Assembly (NCBI GenBank): GCA_000320545.1
Contig: ADNK01000966.1
Location: forward strand, 33,079 to 97,078
DNA length: 64,000 nucleotides
Direction: 5' to 3'
Source: Bigelowiella natans CCMP2755
Taxonomy: Eukaryota > Protista > Cercozoa
Position 1 is the first letter of the stretch. The number at the start of each line of letters is the position of its first letter. Shown here in pieces: positions 1 to 13,345 of the stretch. The translations under genes and the position numbers were made by a program. A model generated the notes under the pieces. It saw nothing but the letters and a program-made list of their open reading frames with translations, was not told where the DNA came from and did no database searches.

Positions 1-620
1 GTGCTACAGGCTGTAGTGGCCTCGTCGCTGTGCACAGCCTGTTGGCAGAAAGCCCCGCTCCCATCACAATGCAGAGAATGAGTTACTAATTAGCTTGCGA
101 CAGCGCATATAATAGCTGCGTCTATTATACTGCCTGCTTGCATGCTAGAGCACTAGAATAGCCGTATCGCACAGGCCTAAGGTACATGTATGCATATATA
201 AGGACAGCATTCGCGGCCGCCAGCTACATGCACACTATGGTTTTGTGGCGAATAGTTTCTATAGGTAGGTTTCGATCTGCCCATTATATATAATGGATGA
301 TATTAGTGGATGACAATTGAAAAAATGTAAGCATTTCATTACAGCTAAGATTGACTTGCGATGAGAAGGAAACACAGCACTTATCTAATCTAGTCATATT
401 GTATATACGAGCGAGCGATAAGTATAGCAGGAATTACCAGATATATGCGACACGTGCACTGATACAAGCTATATATGTAATAATAATGATGCAATGCAGG
501 ATGATTGTAACTTATACGCGCGCCGCCAACAGCATATATCCAGATATGTAACTAGCGTGTGAGCATGATATCAGTATGCAGCATAAACACATAAAAGTAG
601 AAGCAAGCAAGTGCATTTTT
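1..620. other. CTAG/CATG/TGCA-rich 3'-flank island
   Basis: Dense palindromic tetramers and purine-pyrimidine alternation downstream of gene 717-1796. Confidence 0.5.
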
Positions 621-716
621 ACCCCGACTTCTTCCGGTCGGCCTCGCTTACGCCGCATGTTGATATTGCTTACATGTCCATTAATTAGTCCTAGTTGCTT
701 CAGCCGGTTTGGTATT

Positions 717-1796
717 CTAGCCATTGCTGTGATTATTCACTCCATCATCCATATGCGTTGCAAAAGCTCTGTTTTCATCGGCGTGGTCGTTATCTTCTTC
801 GTTTGAAAGAGCGTGCAACGGAGGTGGTGCTGGAGGCTCCTCATCGTCATCATCCATGTTCGGATACGTTTTCTGACTTTTTTGGTGTGCTGATTTGGGA
901 GGGGGGCCCGGAGGCCAAATTCCTGTCTCAGCATCTTTCATATCGGCTTCACGCAGATGCTCTGTGGGGGGGGGTACTTGGTCCCTCCCCCCCACCTCAG
1001 CTTCGCGGCGTTCAAGTCGATTGTCCAAGCTCTGAACCCGGGCATAGAGCTTATCCCAAACGATGCGAACAGCGTGGTCAATTTTCTGGAAGATCTCGTC
1101 TACCTCTTCGGGAGAGCGCATTTCGTCTATGTCAAGGCCTCTGCAGCGACGGAGCCAGAGCTTGGCGTTCTCAATTCGTTCCTCCGTCTGCGAGATCCGC
1201 TCGGACCAGTACATCTTTTCCACGTCAAGCTTGTTCAGGTCGTATCTCCTTTCATTATGCTCCAAGCGCACCTTCTGCTCCAAGGTAGCGACCTTAATTT
1301 CAAGGTCATCCTTCTCGGTCTGGAGCTTCTTTGCCAGTTTCTTACAGATCTCGTATTGGCGTGTGATTTCCTCTTCCTCCCCCTGTTCGTTTTCGCTTTC
1401 GTCCCGCTCTCTAAAGCTCTTGTCCCTCGAGTTGTCGCGGTCACGATGTCTAGAATGTCGCCGATGAATTCTCCCTCCAGAAATTTTCTGGCGGCTGGAG
1501 CTGCGGCTGCGCCTGTAACGCTTCTTACTCGACCTAGCTCTAGCACCACCTCCCTCCAAACTCTTTAAGTCCCGGAAAGAGTCCTTCCGCAGTGCGATTT
1601 GATCTACCCTCCGGTGACTATCTATGGTCGGGTCCGACAGGGATGGGTGACAGTATAGAGATCTTTCTTGCATAATTGAGCAACCGACGAGTGCGCGGGC
1701 CTTCTCCGATTTCACAGAGGTTATTGTCGCTATCACAAGTACTGCGCTCACCACCACGCCAATGGCGGCCAGTGCATACCGTTTCGCAGGTCTCAT
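717..1796 (-). CDS. Single-exon 359-aa hypothetical protein: N-terminal hydrophobic signal/anchor, Arg/Ser-rich basic tract, coiled coil, acidic C-terminus
   Basis: Uninterrupted ATG-started ORF. Hydrophobic segment ALAAIGVVVSAVLVIATI, basic tract RRSRSSSRQK, heptad-like KKLAKKLQTEKDDLEIKVATLEQK, D/E-rich tail. No family recognised. Confidence 0.75.
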   Translation of the reverse strand: MRPAKRYALAAIGVVVSAVLVIATITSVKSEKARALVGCSIMQERSLYCHPSLSDPTIDSHRRVDQIALRKDSFRDLKSLEGGGARARSSKKRYRRSRSSSRQKISGGRIHRRHSRHRDRDNSRDKSFRERDESENEQGEEEEITRQYEICKKLAKKLQTEKDDLEIKVATLEQKVRLEHNERRYDLNKLDVEKMYWSERISQTEERIENAKLWLRRCRGLDIDEMRSPEEVDEIFQKIDHAVRIVWDKLYARVQSLDNRLERREAEVGGRDQVPPPTEHLREADMKDAETGIWPPGPPPKSAHQKSQKTYPNMDDDDEEPPAPPPLHALSNEEDNDHADENRAFATHMDDGVNNHSNG

Positions 1797-1886
1797 GGTG
1801 CATTGTGGGGGGTTAGGGGTTGGATTTTCTCTCCATCGCCATTTTACTACGCCCAGTTGCTGCTGCTCCCCCGATACGATCTACAA

Positions 1887-2740
1887 TCAAGGGGCGGAGC
1901 TCTCCCCCTCGCTCATCATCGTTAAGATCAGGTTCTGAATCTGAGAGAAGGTCTTGATTTCAGCTTGCGACGGTTTGGTCTGCGGTCTATCGCTATAATC
2001 GCATGGGTATTCATATCTGCGACATGATATTATCATCTGACGCAGGCCCGACATCCCATGTTCAGCCGAACGACTTTCCTCGATCTTGATTCCTCGCGGC
2101 TCTTCCTCCGAGCCGAGAGTCTCCTGTCGTCTCGGCACCGGGCGGCCTTTTTAGGGCAAGAAGGGGCCTGTGATTTGGATGTTTCCGGGTAAATAAGGGT
2201 GATTTTATCTTTGCGACACGATAATTTGATGCAAAAAAAGCGGACATTCTCCAGCGTATACGTCGTTTGTCACGCACCCCCTCCTAGACGGCTTATTGGA
2301 TTCGGAAAGGTAAAGAGCGAGAGAACGAAAAAATTCTTCCCACAAGTGTGTGTGTCTGCAGCCTTGTCAATGGGGCCCATCATTGTTTCTTGTACGGATT
2401 TAGTAGCATCCTTGGCCATCGTGCTGCATCTATGTGTGTACAGCCAAAAAGAGACAACGGCTACACCTGCCAACGACAATTCTTTGATTGTTTAATGGCG
2501 TCTAAATGTATTCATCTTTTATCATAGAATGACCTCGCACGTACGCGCTCTGATTTTCAGGTACAAAGATTTTTTTTTGAGTCAGTTACTTTGCACTAAA
2601 TCCAGTTATCTTGTATCAGCATTGCGCTGAATTTCGTTATGGCTTCGGTACTGATCGCCATGACATTCATGGTTGCTTCCCCATCGGCATACATTGGAGC
2701 TCCAAGTTCATGTACGAACGCTTCCGACTCAGCGTCCATT
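1887..2740 (-). CDS. Possible small multi-exon hypothetical gene, head-to-head with TPI
   Basis: Several short coding-like segments with GT/AG boundaries (MDAESEAFVHELGAP; CSTMAKDATKSVQETMMGP; QTKPSQAEIKTFSQIQNLILTMMSEGESSAP*). A full model could not be closed. Confidence 0.3.
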
Positions 2741-2851
2741 TTCCTGATAACCCATCACTAAAGCCTGAAGCATAAATATATACATGTACATGCATATACG
2801 CATATATTATACCCATCATTAGTAACCCGAGGTTCGACAAATCGATCGAAT

Positions 2852-4198
<1,347 letters not shown>

Positions 4199-4259
4199 GA
4201 AACGTTGAGATTAACTTGTACAAATTGCGTCATTATTCTGTGCAGTACCCATTTATGAT

Positions 4260-4720
4260 CGCTGCGCTTGTTTATGCTATATTTGTTCATGCTGTGCGCG
4301 GCGTACGCCTGCTCGCTCCGCGCGCTGTACGAAACCGATCGTCGGCTATATATTGCCATGCTAGCATGTTGCGTTGTGATAACATTAAAATTTTGCATGG
4401 TAACCATATAGCTAGATAGCTAGATAGGGTCGGCGCCGTACATACATGTTTCAATATTTCCCTCACTGTGATCATCAGAGCGGCACCTCTAGACGACCTG
4501 CTAACAAATGACTCACACGGCACTAGCTAGATGGCGGCGTGCAGAAGCACACATGAAATGTGCAGGCAAAGATGCAGAAGCGTGTACACACACGAGGGTG
4601 GAGTAGTCTCGTGCATGATAGCGAGCACGTCGTAAGCTCATGAGCTAGCTACGTGTGTGTGTATGTACTTACAATTTGTGGACACTTCGTGATTACGTAG
4701 GATCACATTGAATGTGAAGT
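4260..4720. other. CTAG/CATG/TGCA-rich island between convergent TPI and SPATA4-like genes
   Basis: e.g. gctagatagctagatag, cactagctagatgg, gagctagctacgtg. Confidence 0.6.
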
Positions 4721-4781
4721 TTCAGGCTTACTAATCAAAACTTTTAGAGAAAGATTGCTTGCACTTCTGCACGGAGAGTTA

Positions 4782-7163
4782 TCACACTTTCGTTTTCAAA
4801 CGCTCCATTAATATTTTAAGGTTACTAGAGTTGTATCTGTCAGGCTCAGCCGATTCAAAATTCTTAATCAGATTGTAAATATCCTTGTACAATTGCTCCT
4901 TATTCTCAATGAGTTTCATTAAGAAGCCCTGGACGGCCTCCTTGCATTCAGAAGGGCTCTCAGGAAATACCATCTTTAAAAATCCAAAGAACTTTGGAGC
5001 CTTTTGTGAGCCCTCCGTCTTCCGCAATAGTGCGGCACATGCTATATCGCATGTAGTTTCGTCGAGGAAAAACCGCTCTAATACTGATGATGCCCATTGA
5101 CACCTTTGAACATCTAGAAACTCTACCAGGACGTATCTGATCAATCCCTGAAGAACAGAGCTCCAATCGTTCTTGGATGATTCTTCGAACTTGCGAACCT
5201 TTAAGATACTTGCACTTAGGAGCTGGACATGCACTTCGTCGAGATTTTTATTCTTGTTCTCTAGGAGATCCGCGACAACGGCGTTGGCAATGCCTAATGC
5301 TCTCTGGACCGGGAATGATCCGAGACCCGCTACGGCGCTGTCAGGCTGGCCTGTCCCACACAAATACTTTTGTATATCCTCCGACACAAGCTTCATTTGT
5401 GACATGAACATCGCGATAATCCAGGATGCGTTCGCTTTCTTTCCGGGCAGGCAATCTGCCATCCAGTATATGCAACCCCGAAGAACCATTGGCGATGCCT
5501 TCTTCAAAATTCCTTCCATTATCTCCTGAAGCTGGGCCTTTTGTTCCTCTTGTTGAATAGAAGTTATCGACGCGCACATTACGTGGAAGATTCCTGCTTG
5601 GATTCCCCACCAAGGGTCCTCTAACAATTTTTGGAGCTCCCCCAACATGTTGAGCGATAGATTTGGAGACTCTTTGCACAAGCTCGCCAGAATTAACAAC
5701 GCATGAGTGCGCAACTGTTTTGAGGGAGAACGAAGCCCAAAAGTCACATAAAAGAAGTACACGTCTTGCAGCTCCTTTGAGTGGTATGCGGTTCGATTGG
5801 ACAAGAGAGCAAAACATTGAACTAATGCCGCATTTTCCAAATCCTCTTTCAGAATTTTTAACAGGGCAAGCATATCAGAATTCGAGAAGCAGAACGAAGT
5901 CATTATATCTACTATATCTTCCCTTTTGTTCGGCAAGGTTTTGAAAAGTATGATGACTTTCGGTAACATGTAGTCTTGGAACAGAGTGGCAGTTTCGCCT
6001 AATTTAAGAAACAAAACAAATAGGATTCAGTTCTACGACCAATTTCGACATTATCAGCATCAAAATTTACCTGAATCAATGTCACCACATTTTCTTGCGA
6101 AAGTTGTAGTAAAATCTAACACGAAACTCGTGGCTTTCGAAGGAGCTCCAGCATATGCCTTGCAGAGAATTCCACTTAATTTCCAAAACTGCTTCGGTTC
6201 TTCCATGGCAATCGACACACACTGGTCTAGCGCACTATCCAATGCGCTAAAAACTTCGATTACTTCTTTGGGTTTTTTACTCGAGATCGCGTCGCAGAAT
6301 TCGATAAACGTCATTGATTGTTTCTCTTCCATATTCAATACTTTGTGGACGATCGGATCAAGGACTTTCGGTATCGTAACTTTGACACCCGTATTGGATA
6401 TGTCAGAGGTTATTGTCGAAGCCTTCCGAAGTGCCGAGGATCCTGTGTTCGACACGTTGGCCATTCTTTGAGTTCCTCCTCTCAATTGCGCCATTCCTTC
6501 AGTAATGGGTTTCACGTTTACAGTTTTTAAGAACTGAATTTGTGGTTGCTTAAAGTCATCATGCTGAACTTGCCGGGTCGCAACACGTAACATTCGTTGT
6601 GCCATCATCCTATGTTTTGATGTGTGTGTGTATCTTTCTCTATCTTTCATCCGGTCTTGTCGCAGCTGCATTTGGTGCTGGTCCAGCGCATCTTTCGCGT
6701 ATCCGGTGTTCGTCAGCTGGTCGTTTTCTTCGGTTGCCACAGGACCCTTCATTGTATCTTTAACAATCCTACTTGCGGTTGGCTTTGCATAGGCTGGGGT
6801 GTCTTCAATCAGCGTTTCAGTAGGTGCAATACTTCGTTTGGTGAGATGAGCATACAGTTTCTCAATCATCTGTACAGCTGCCATAGCCTGGCAATGCAGG
6901 ACGGCATGGGCGAGATCTTCAAGTATAGGGATTTCTCGTTTCTTGAAAATTTTCAATAGCTGCTGCCAATTGTCTTTCCGCCTTGAAATTGCCGTCCCGT
7001 TGTCGAAGGAGTGCATGTTTATCTCATTCGTGTATTCCTTAAAGCGAGAGAGAATTTCTGCAACAAGAAATCCATTTGCGAAATCCCTTCTGACGTTCCG
7101 GACGGAATAGGTTAGATCCAAACTCTGGATCCATCTGAGGATCTCCCTGGACGGTACGCTCAT
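4782..7163 (-). CDS. SPATA4/SPEF1-like calponin-homology (CH_2) microtubule-binding protein with long helical C-terminal region, ~769 aa, 2 exons
   Basis: N-terminus REILRWIQSLDLTYSVRNVRRDFANGFLVAEILSR...DNWQQL matches the SPATA4/SPEF1 CH domain. One phase-1 GT-AG intron (5999-6070) joins ORFs 6060..7163 and 4782..6014. Confidence 0.85.
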
Positions 7164-8315
7164 GTCTTTCTGTCCTCTCGCCGTCGGGCTGTGATTCCTT
7201 GCAGGTCGGGGGGGGATACGAAGTTGGGATGTGTTATGTACAGATATATTGTTGATGTTTTGCCGATATATTCTTGTCTATCTTGTCACGTTTCAGAGTC
7301 TCTGCAGTAGATAATCGGGTAAGAAGCGTTACTTTAGTAACAACGGCGATGATGAGCCTGACAACAACCTCTACCGTTTTCCTGTCTGCGTTCTTTCTCG
7401 GCATTATTGGCTATTTTTTTTTGCGTGCAATGAAAAACGACTTTCTCTGTTTGTTGTCGCAGTTTATAACTATCCTACGATTCTTCCCACTTCTTTTGCG
7501 AAATCGCAAGATGAATTAAATGATTGTCGCAGAAGCTAAATCTCAAATGTTTCGTAACAAATGCCTCCGTTCCCATCTCTGCGCCAGCTTGGCAGATAAA
7601 GCAGCGCGTCCCATGATCCTTTCAACCGCTCCAACGAGACACTTTTTTCTTTCTTTCTTTCTGATGGCCGCAATTTTTTTCCCCCATCGTGTCCGATGAT
7701 CTCTCCAACCAGCCAATTATTATAGACAACGTAATACACATCATAGTATACATAATGTGTCACGCACTGTGTGTCCATTGCAATGATCCATTGGAATCAC
7801 TTCGTAATTTCACTTTGCTGGTCAATATTTCACGCCCGCCGCCGCTGCTCACTTGTGTTATGCTCGTTGTGCAGCTGATATCACCAGCTAAACGGAGCAT
7901 GCACCACAAGTCTCCTTTTATTGTGCATGTCTGTGTTTGTCAAACAAATGAGCTTGGTGAAAGAGCACATAGCTTGAGCCTGCAGGCTGTACGCTCACTG
8001 CATGGGCACGCAGTCGCAATTCGTTCGCATTGTGCAACATACACCATTCTAGCACAAAGCGATAGCATCATTGCGATGCACTCGGCTGTCAGTCGCACAT
8101 GCACGACATGGCCGATAATCATCGCCAAGCTAGCTTCATCTACTTATGCTATTTCCACTTCACCCATTACATGCTTAAAATTGTCATCTATAACTAAACA
8201 CAATTTCGACGCCTAGTTATTTATTATGAAGAAAGGTCATATCATTTTTAACTTCCTCCTTCAAATCACTAGAACAAATCCCACATGGTCAGACTCACTA
8301 GATCACTCAATGCCA

Positions 8316-9404
8316 TCATTGCTTCTTCTCATAAACGGAATCTACCACAATTGTCGTGAATTTTTCTTGCCGATCACGAGCTGAATCGTACAAAATTTCC
8401 AATTCTCGAACGATCTCCGCGAAAACAGGTCGCTCGAAAGGGGACATATGCCAGCACCTTTCAATAAGCTTGGCGTATTTTTGCACCTGAAGAACACAGA
8501 CACTGTACGTGACGGATCCTACCAAACCATTCAATAGCTTCTATGACATCATCCATTCGAAACACAAGTACCATCGACGGCATAACACAGGTATTTTTTG
8601 TAAGTGCGGCCACTTTGACTTTATGGTATTACTTCCAAATTCGGGTGCGATAGGGGAAGGTTTGGTCGATGGTTGGACAGGACAGCCTCTCGAATATCCG
8701 CACTCCTCATTCCATGGTAAGGCATCTTCCGTGTCAGGATCTCCCACATCACATAGCCAAAGCTGAATACATCTACCGCAAAGCCGTACATGCTCAGCTT
8801 TCGCTGTGGCCGTCTCTTTGCATCTGCTGCTGCGCCTGTGCGCGGCTTGATCAGACTTTGGAGTAGTTCCGGAGCCTGTAATTGTTGTTGTTGTTGTTCT
8901 TGATGATGATGATGATAATGCTGGTGAGGTTGATGGGGATAATTATGGGGAGAAACTATCAGAGAAGTCATGTCGCTATTCAGAAAGACTGCTTGCTGCT
9001 AGTGCTACTGCTGCCTTCTGTGGTACCATGTATGCGATGGTGCCAACAACGCCTGTCAACATCGAGTCATCATCCTCCTTTTTCAATGAAGAGGAAAACG
9101 ATTGTATTAATCACCAGAAAGGTCGAAAATTCAGCTGTAATAACTGTATTTTATTGTGCCATCAAATATCTTCCATTTAGGTCATGGTCAACAACTATTG
9201 GCTGCACGAAGGTGGTGGCTTCGGAAAGAAACAGATGAATGAAATCGCTACTATTGTATGTGTAGTAACGTGTGTGTGGATAGGTCGTATTACCGGCAAA
9301 ACGTCTTGCTCAAAAGCGTGGAAGCATTGATTACCCATCAGCAATCGAGATGATCCAAAATCACATACCTGTGGAAGGTAGCAGAATATGGTCTCTCTCT
9401 ATCT

Positions 9405-9456
<52 letters not shown>

Positions 9457-9481
9457 AATAAATAATTCATTTTATGTGTGC

Positions 9482-9516
<35 letters not shown>

Positions 9517-10537
9517 CGTAGTCATACAGTCCGACAGCACTTCCAAACAAAATACTGTCTCACCATCACCATCGTCATCAAAATATCTCTCCTTTTAGCA
9601 TAATAATGTGTGACCTTGACGATGTATTCCGACTTCGACTTGTGAACGAGGAGATTCATGGTCTTGAGGTCTCTATGAAGTATGTTCTGCTCGTGTGCAA
9701 AGCACATTCCACGAGCCGCGTCCAATGCGAACTAAGATGAGAATAAACAGATGATGATGATAACGAAAGCGATTATGGTAACGGTACTACAGTAAAACTA
9801 GCAAACAAATGCTATCCTCCTGGGATGTATTGCTTGACAGAAACGAGAATCATAAGCTTTCCTCTCCCCGTCTCTCATTTTTTGCTTTTGGCCGTGTTCA
9901 TCATTCGTTCGCTCCGGTAAGTGCGCCCTCTTCCCCAACCCTTGAGCAACGGAAAATCTACTCCCCAGTGTCATCATCGCGACGGCGATCAATGAGAATA
10001 TAATGTATATATATATATATATATATATTATCAATATGTATACATATATCGCCGACAATATCAACCCTGAAACCCCATCAAAACAACATTCGCAGCTTTT
10101 TACTGCTCGTACTAATACTTTCAGCCTTGTCGCCCAAGAGAGATCCACAGATTTTGACTTGAGGACGTGCAAGAGGGACTATCAATATCACCATACCGAA
10201 AACAAGCCACAGAACAAAACAGAAATGCGGTCAACATTTCTTCATATAGTGCCCGATGCATGCATGTATCTGCCAGTAGTATGGGGGTCGCGTCCATTGG
10301 GGGGGGGGGGGGGGGTTAGGAAAAGAAAAAAGAGAACGAATGCAAATGAGATATACCTTATGATTACAATATTCGAACACGATGAAGAAGTCTGGAGGGG
10401 AGAGGCACACGCCAAGAAATTTGACAATATTCGGGTGGTGTAGCTGACAGTAGAGAAAAGCTTCCTTGCTGTGTAGGTTGGGAGGGAGTGGGAGGGTGGG
10501 GAGGGTGGGGGCAGTTGAATGTTGGTTGAAAAGAACG

Positions 10538-10595
<58 letters not shown>

Positions 10596-13345
10596 GAGCA
10601 CAATAGTAATCTAACGATAGAGAATAGCATATGAAGCCTCTTCTCAGCTAGACGTTTGCTACCTGAAATCCAGCACCGTTTCGAGGGTGAAAGGTTTCAA
10701 ATCATAGCTTTTCAGTACTACTGGCGTCCCTCGGTACGAAGTCCGGAATATGCGTGATGTGGCCCTGAGATAGTTCATGCACGACGCATGGATGCTGAGA
10801 GATCAATCATTTACTTGTTCGAGCTACAAAGCAACACAAAAGTCACACCGTCTCTGCATCGATGGGGGCAGCGCTACACTACACAACAGGTCTTATCAAC
10901 AGTCGGCACCAACGTATATACGCGTCGGCGGGATACAACAACTTGTGGAGGAGGGAAAAGGGGGCATTCCGATGATGATCTGCGTTGGTGGTACCGACCC
11001 TGATGCTACGGCGAAGTGCCTTTGGTCTAAAGAGGTGAAGTCGAGAATGGGGACTTGAGCACGCAGAGCCCCGTGGATTTCAGCTTGTGTCGCGTTCGGC
11101 ATGAAGTTCAAGAACGACTCCTTCCTCCGCCCGAGCCTACGAGATCAAAGACATGAAGCGGAAGAACGGAGATTATTGCGAAACCCAGCCTACAAAAGTA
11201 CAGCGCGAAATGTACTGCTACTGTTACTGCGTCAGCAGTAGCAGCAGCAGCAACAGAAGAAGACGGAGCATCACAAAACACCCACTGACCCTTTGATTTG
11301 GTCCCCAATCGTCCGCCAAAATTGAGAATCAGATAAGAGCACAAAGTACAGCAAAAACGGGAATACGAGGAAATACACGCCGTCTGCTAGCCAACGTATC
11401 ATGAATATTGTCGTAGGGCCGCTGCTGGTGGTGGTACTGCTGTCGATTCCCAGCTCTCGGTTCATCATCTCCTCCCTTTCGGATAAGATGTAAAGGATCT
11501 GCTGCATGATCAGATACCCTAGAATGGAGCAGATGGCGGAGATAAAGAAGAAAGAAGAGAGGAAAGGAGACGAAAGAAAAAAACAATAAATCAACGGGAT
11601 CGTTTGAGATCTGAAGAACGGATATTCGTTAGCAGCTCCATGAAACACTATGGGTCATCATCGCATATTGCTACGCTTTATATCACCATACCCATGAATA
11701 CGGCGAAAGCGACCCCAAATCTGCCTGAGATTTTACGCGAGGAGAGCAAAGCATACAGGCAAATGACGATCCACACTGCGGTGAGGAATATGTCCGTCCC
11801 CGCGATGAACACAATGGCCCATCTGTAGCTGGAGAAGTAATAGCAACACCGCGAGAAGACAACCACCACGCCGAGAAACAACGACCCGAACATGGATCTT
11901 GCGAATGCTGCATAACCCATTTCCCACTGAAAGAATTTTTGTATTTTGATGACGATACCAATCAGCAATTGAATGATGTGAATACGCAAAAAATGAAGTG
12001 GTTATTAGATTAAGGTGATACACACCCAAACACATCCCTTGTTTCATCAACATAATCACATGATCGCGTATGATATTACCTGCACCAAGTAGAGGGATAC
12101 AAAACCGCACAGGAAGACACGGAAACCCGCAGTTCCCGCTACAAGAGACAGCCGCAGCCAAAAAGCACAAGAAGCGATGATAGGCTGATAACAGAGAAAA
12201 AGTTACATATTTCAAGCATTTTTGGGAAATTCTCGCATTAACATAGAACGCATATTGGGATCAACAATCACCAGGACCGTATCATGATTAATGCTGGAGT
12301 CTTATTCATTCATACGTAGCTGCAGCAACTACCTGGCCATCGCTAAAATTCGACGCACAAAAGAGCGCGAGTACGAATTCCAAGAAATAAGCAACAAGAA
12401 CCCCGTACATGAAGTTGCGGTATGTCGGTAATGTCACCCATTTTGCTGCTGCATTCCGGTTCCTTCTTTGGCTGTTCGGGGAGACGTCTCCATCATTTCC
12501 ATTGCTACCTATTGAGGGCCTCCTACTCTGGCGTGCTACTACCGTTTCGAAACCGAGGATGCAAGCCATAAGAATCACCGGGATGAAGGCGAACGGACGC
12601 CATCGCCTGACACAAACACACACGCACGCACGCACACGCACGCACATGATCAGTTGTTTTTGCATTTTTCGCGGTCCATGCCCATATAGAACCTACCCGT
12701 GTGATCGCCACTTCCGGTGTGTCATTTCCGCAATGACTCTCTTGGACGCCGTTTCCTCCTCGACGCACGTTGACCTTTAGTGTTGCGTAAATATGCCTTT
12801 TATTCGAGTCATTTCTGAATTTGGAATTCACCCGTGGAACATGTTCTTACAAATCCTTATTCCTCGTCTTCTTACCGTGTTGTCGATGTGGAAGATTTGG
12901 AGGAGCATTTTCGGGTCGCCGGGGGAGGTGAACGAATGAACGCTGTAAATATGCGCCACCCCTTAGTTTTGTGTTTACGAGGAGAACCTGACAACGATGG
13001 TTCGGATGCTGCAAGGTCTACTGTCCCGTTCTTCTTCGTCGTCGCCCTGGTGGTTGTTGTCTCGTTGAGGCGGGAGTTTCTCCAAGAATCCGTATACTCA
13101 TCTGCCATGCGGCTGAATTTGAAAATCCCCCTCAGCATATGGGCACGATTTGCGCTTCCGTCCATGGGCAAGATGGAAGTGGTGATCAGTGATACCTAAA
13201 CATTTGATATGTTTACCAACCCATGCAGATTCGACGGAGGACACAAAAGTTTGCTCACCAGCAGCACGCTGACCACAGGGAGGCATCTTTGGCGAAGGGC
13301 GCTCACAGAGGCACGCGAATGGATGAGGGGTGTAGTCGCCATCAT
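8316..13345 (-). CDS. Signal peptide + seven-transmembrane domain + tyrosine-kinase-like (TKL) kinase fusion, multi-exon
   Basis: Hand splicing gives signal peptide MMATTP...LPVVSVLL|VSLITTSILP, an S/T-rich ectodomain and seven hydrophobic helices ending LLYFVLLSDSQFWR. The kinase follows: VASG|ATSRIF, TPVVLK, LHHPNIVKFLGVC, HRDLKTMN, CDFG, GTIAYM|APE, DVFSFG, CWHMSPFERP. Confidence 0.88.
9392..9520. repeat. Compound intronic microsatellite (CT)n(CA)n...(GT)n
   Basis: Directly visible, inside a kinase-domain intron of the 7TM-TKL gene. Confidence 0.95.

Noticed and set aside
695-1568. Long plus-strand ORFs (197, 203 and 134 aa)
   Set aside because: Antisense shadows of the 717-1796 gene with no independent features. 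The same applies to most overlapping ORFs in the Sfi1-like and Treslin-like genes.
8877-9026. Apparent His/Gln-rich insertion in the kinase activation loop (ORF 8621..8971)
   Set aside because: It lies inside a GT-AG intron; splicing restores GTIAYM|APE.
10767-10998. Possible non-canonical splice sites or a micro-exon in the kinase Gly-rich loop
   Set aside because: A canonical GT-AG intron gives VASG|ATSRIF, so nothing unusual is needed.
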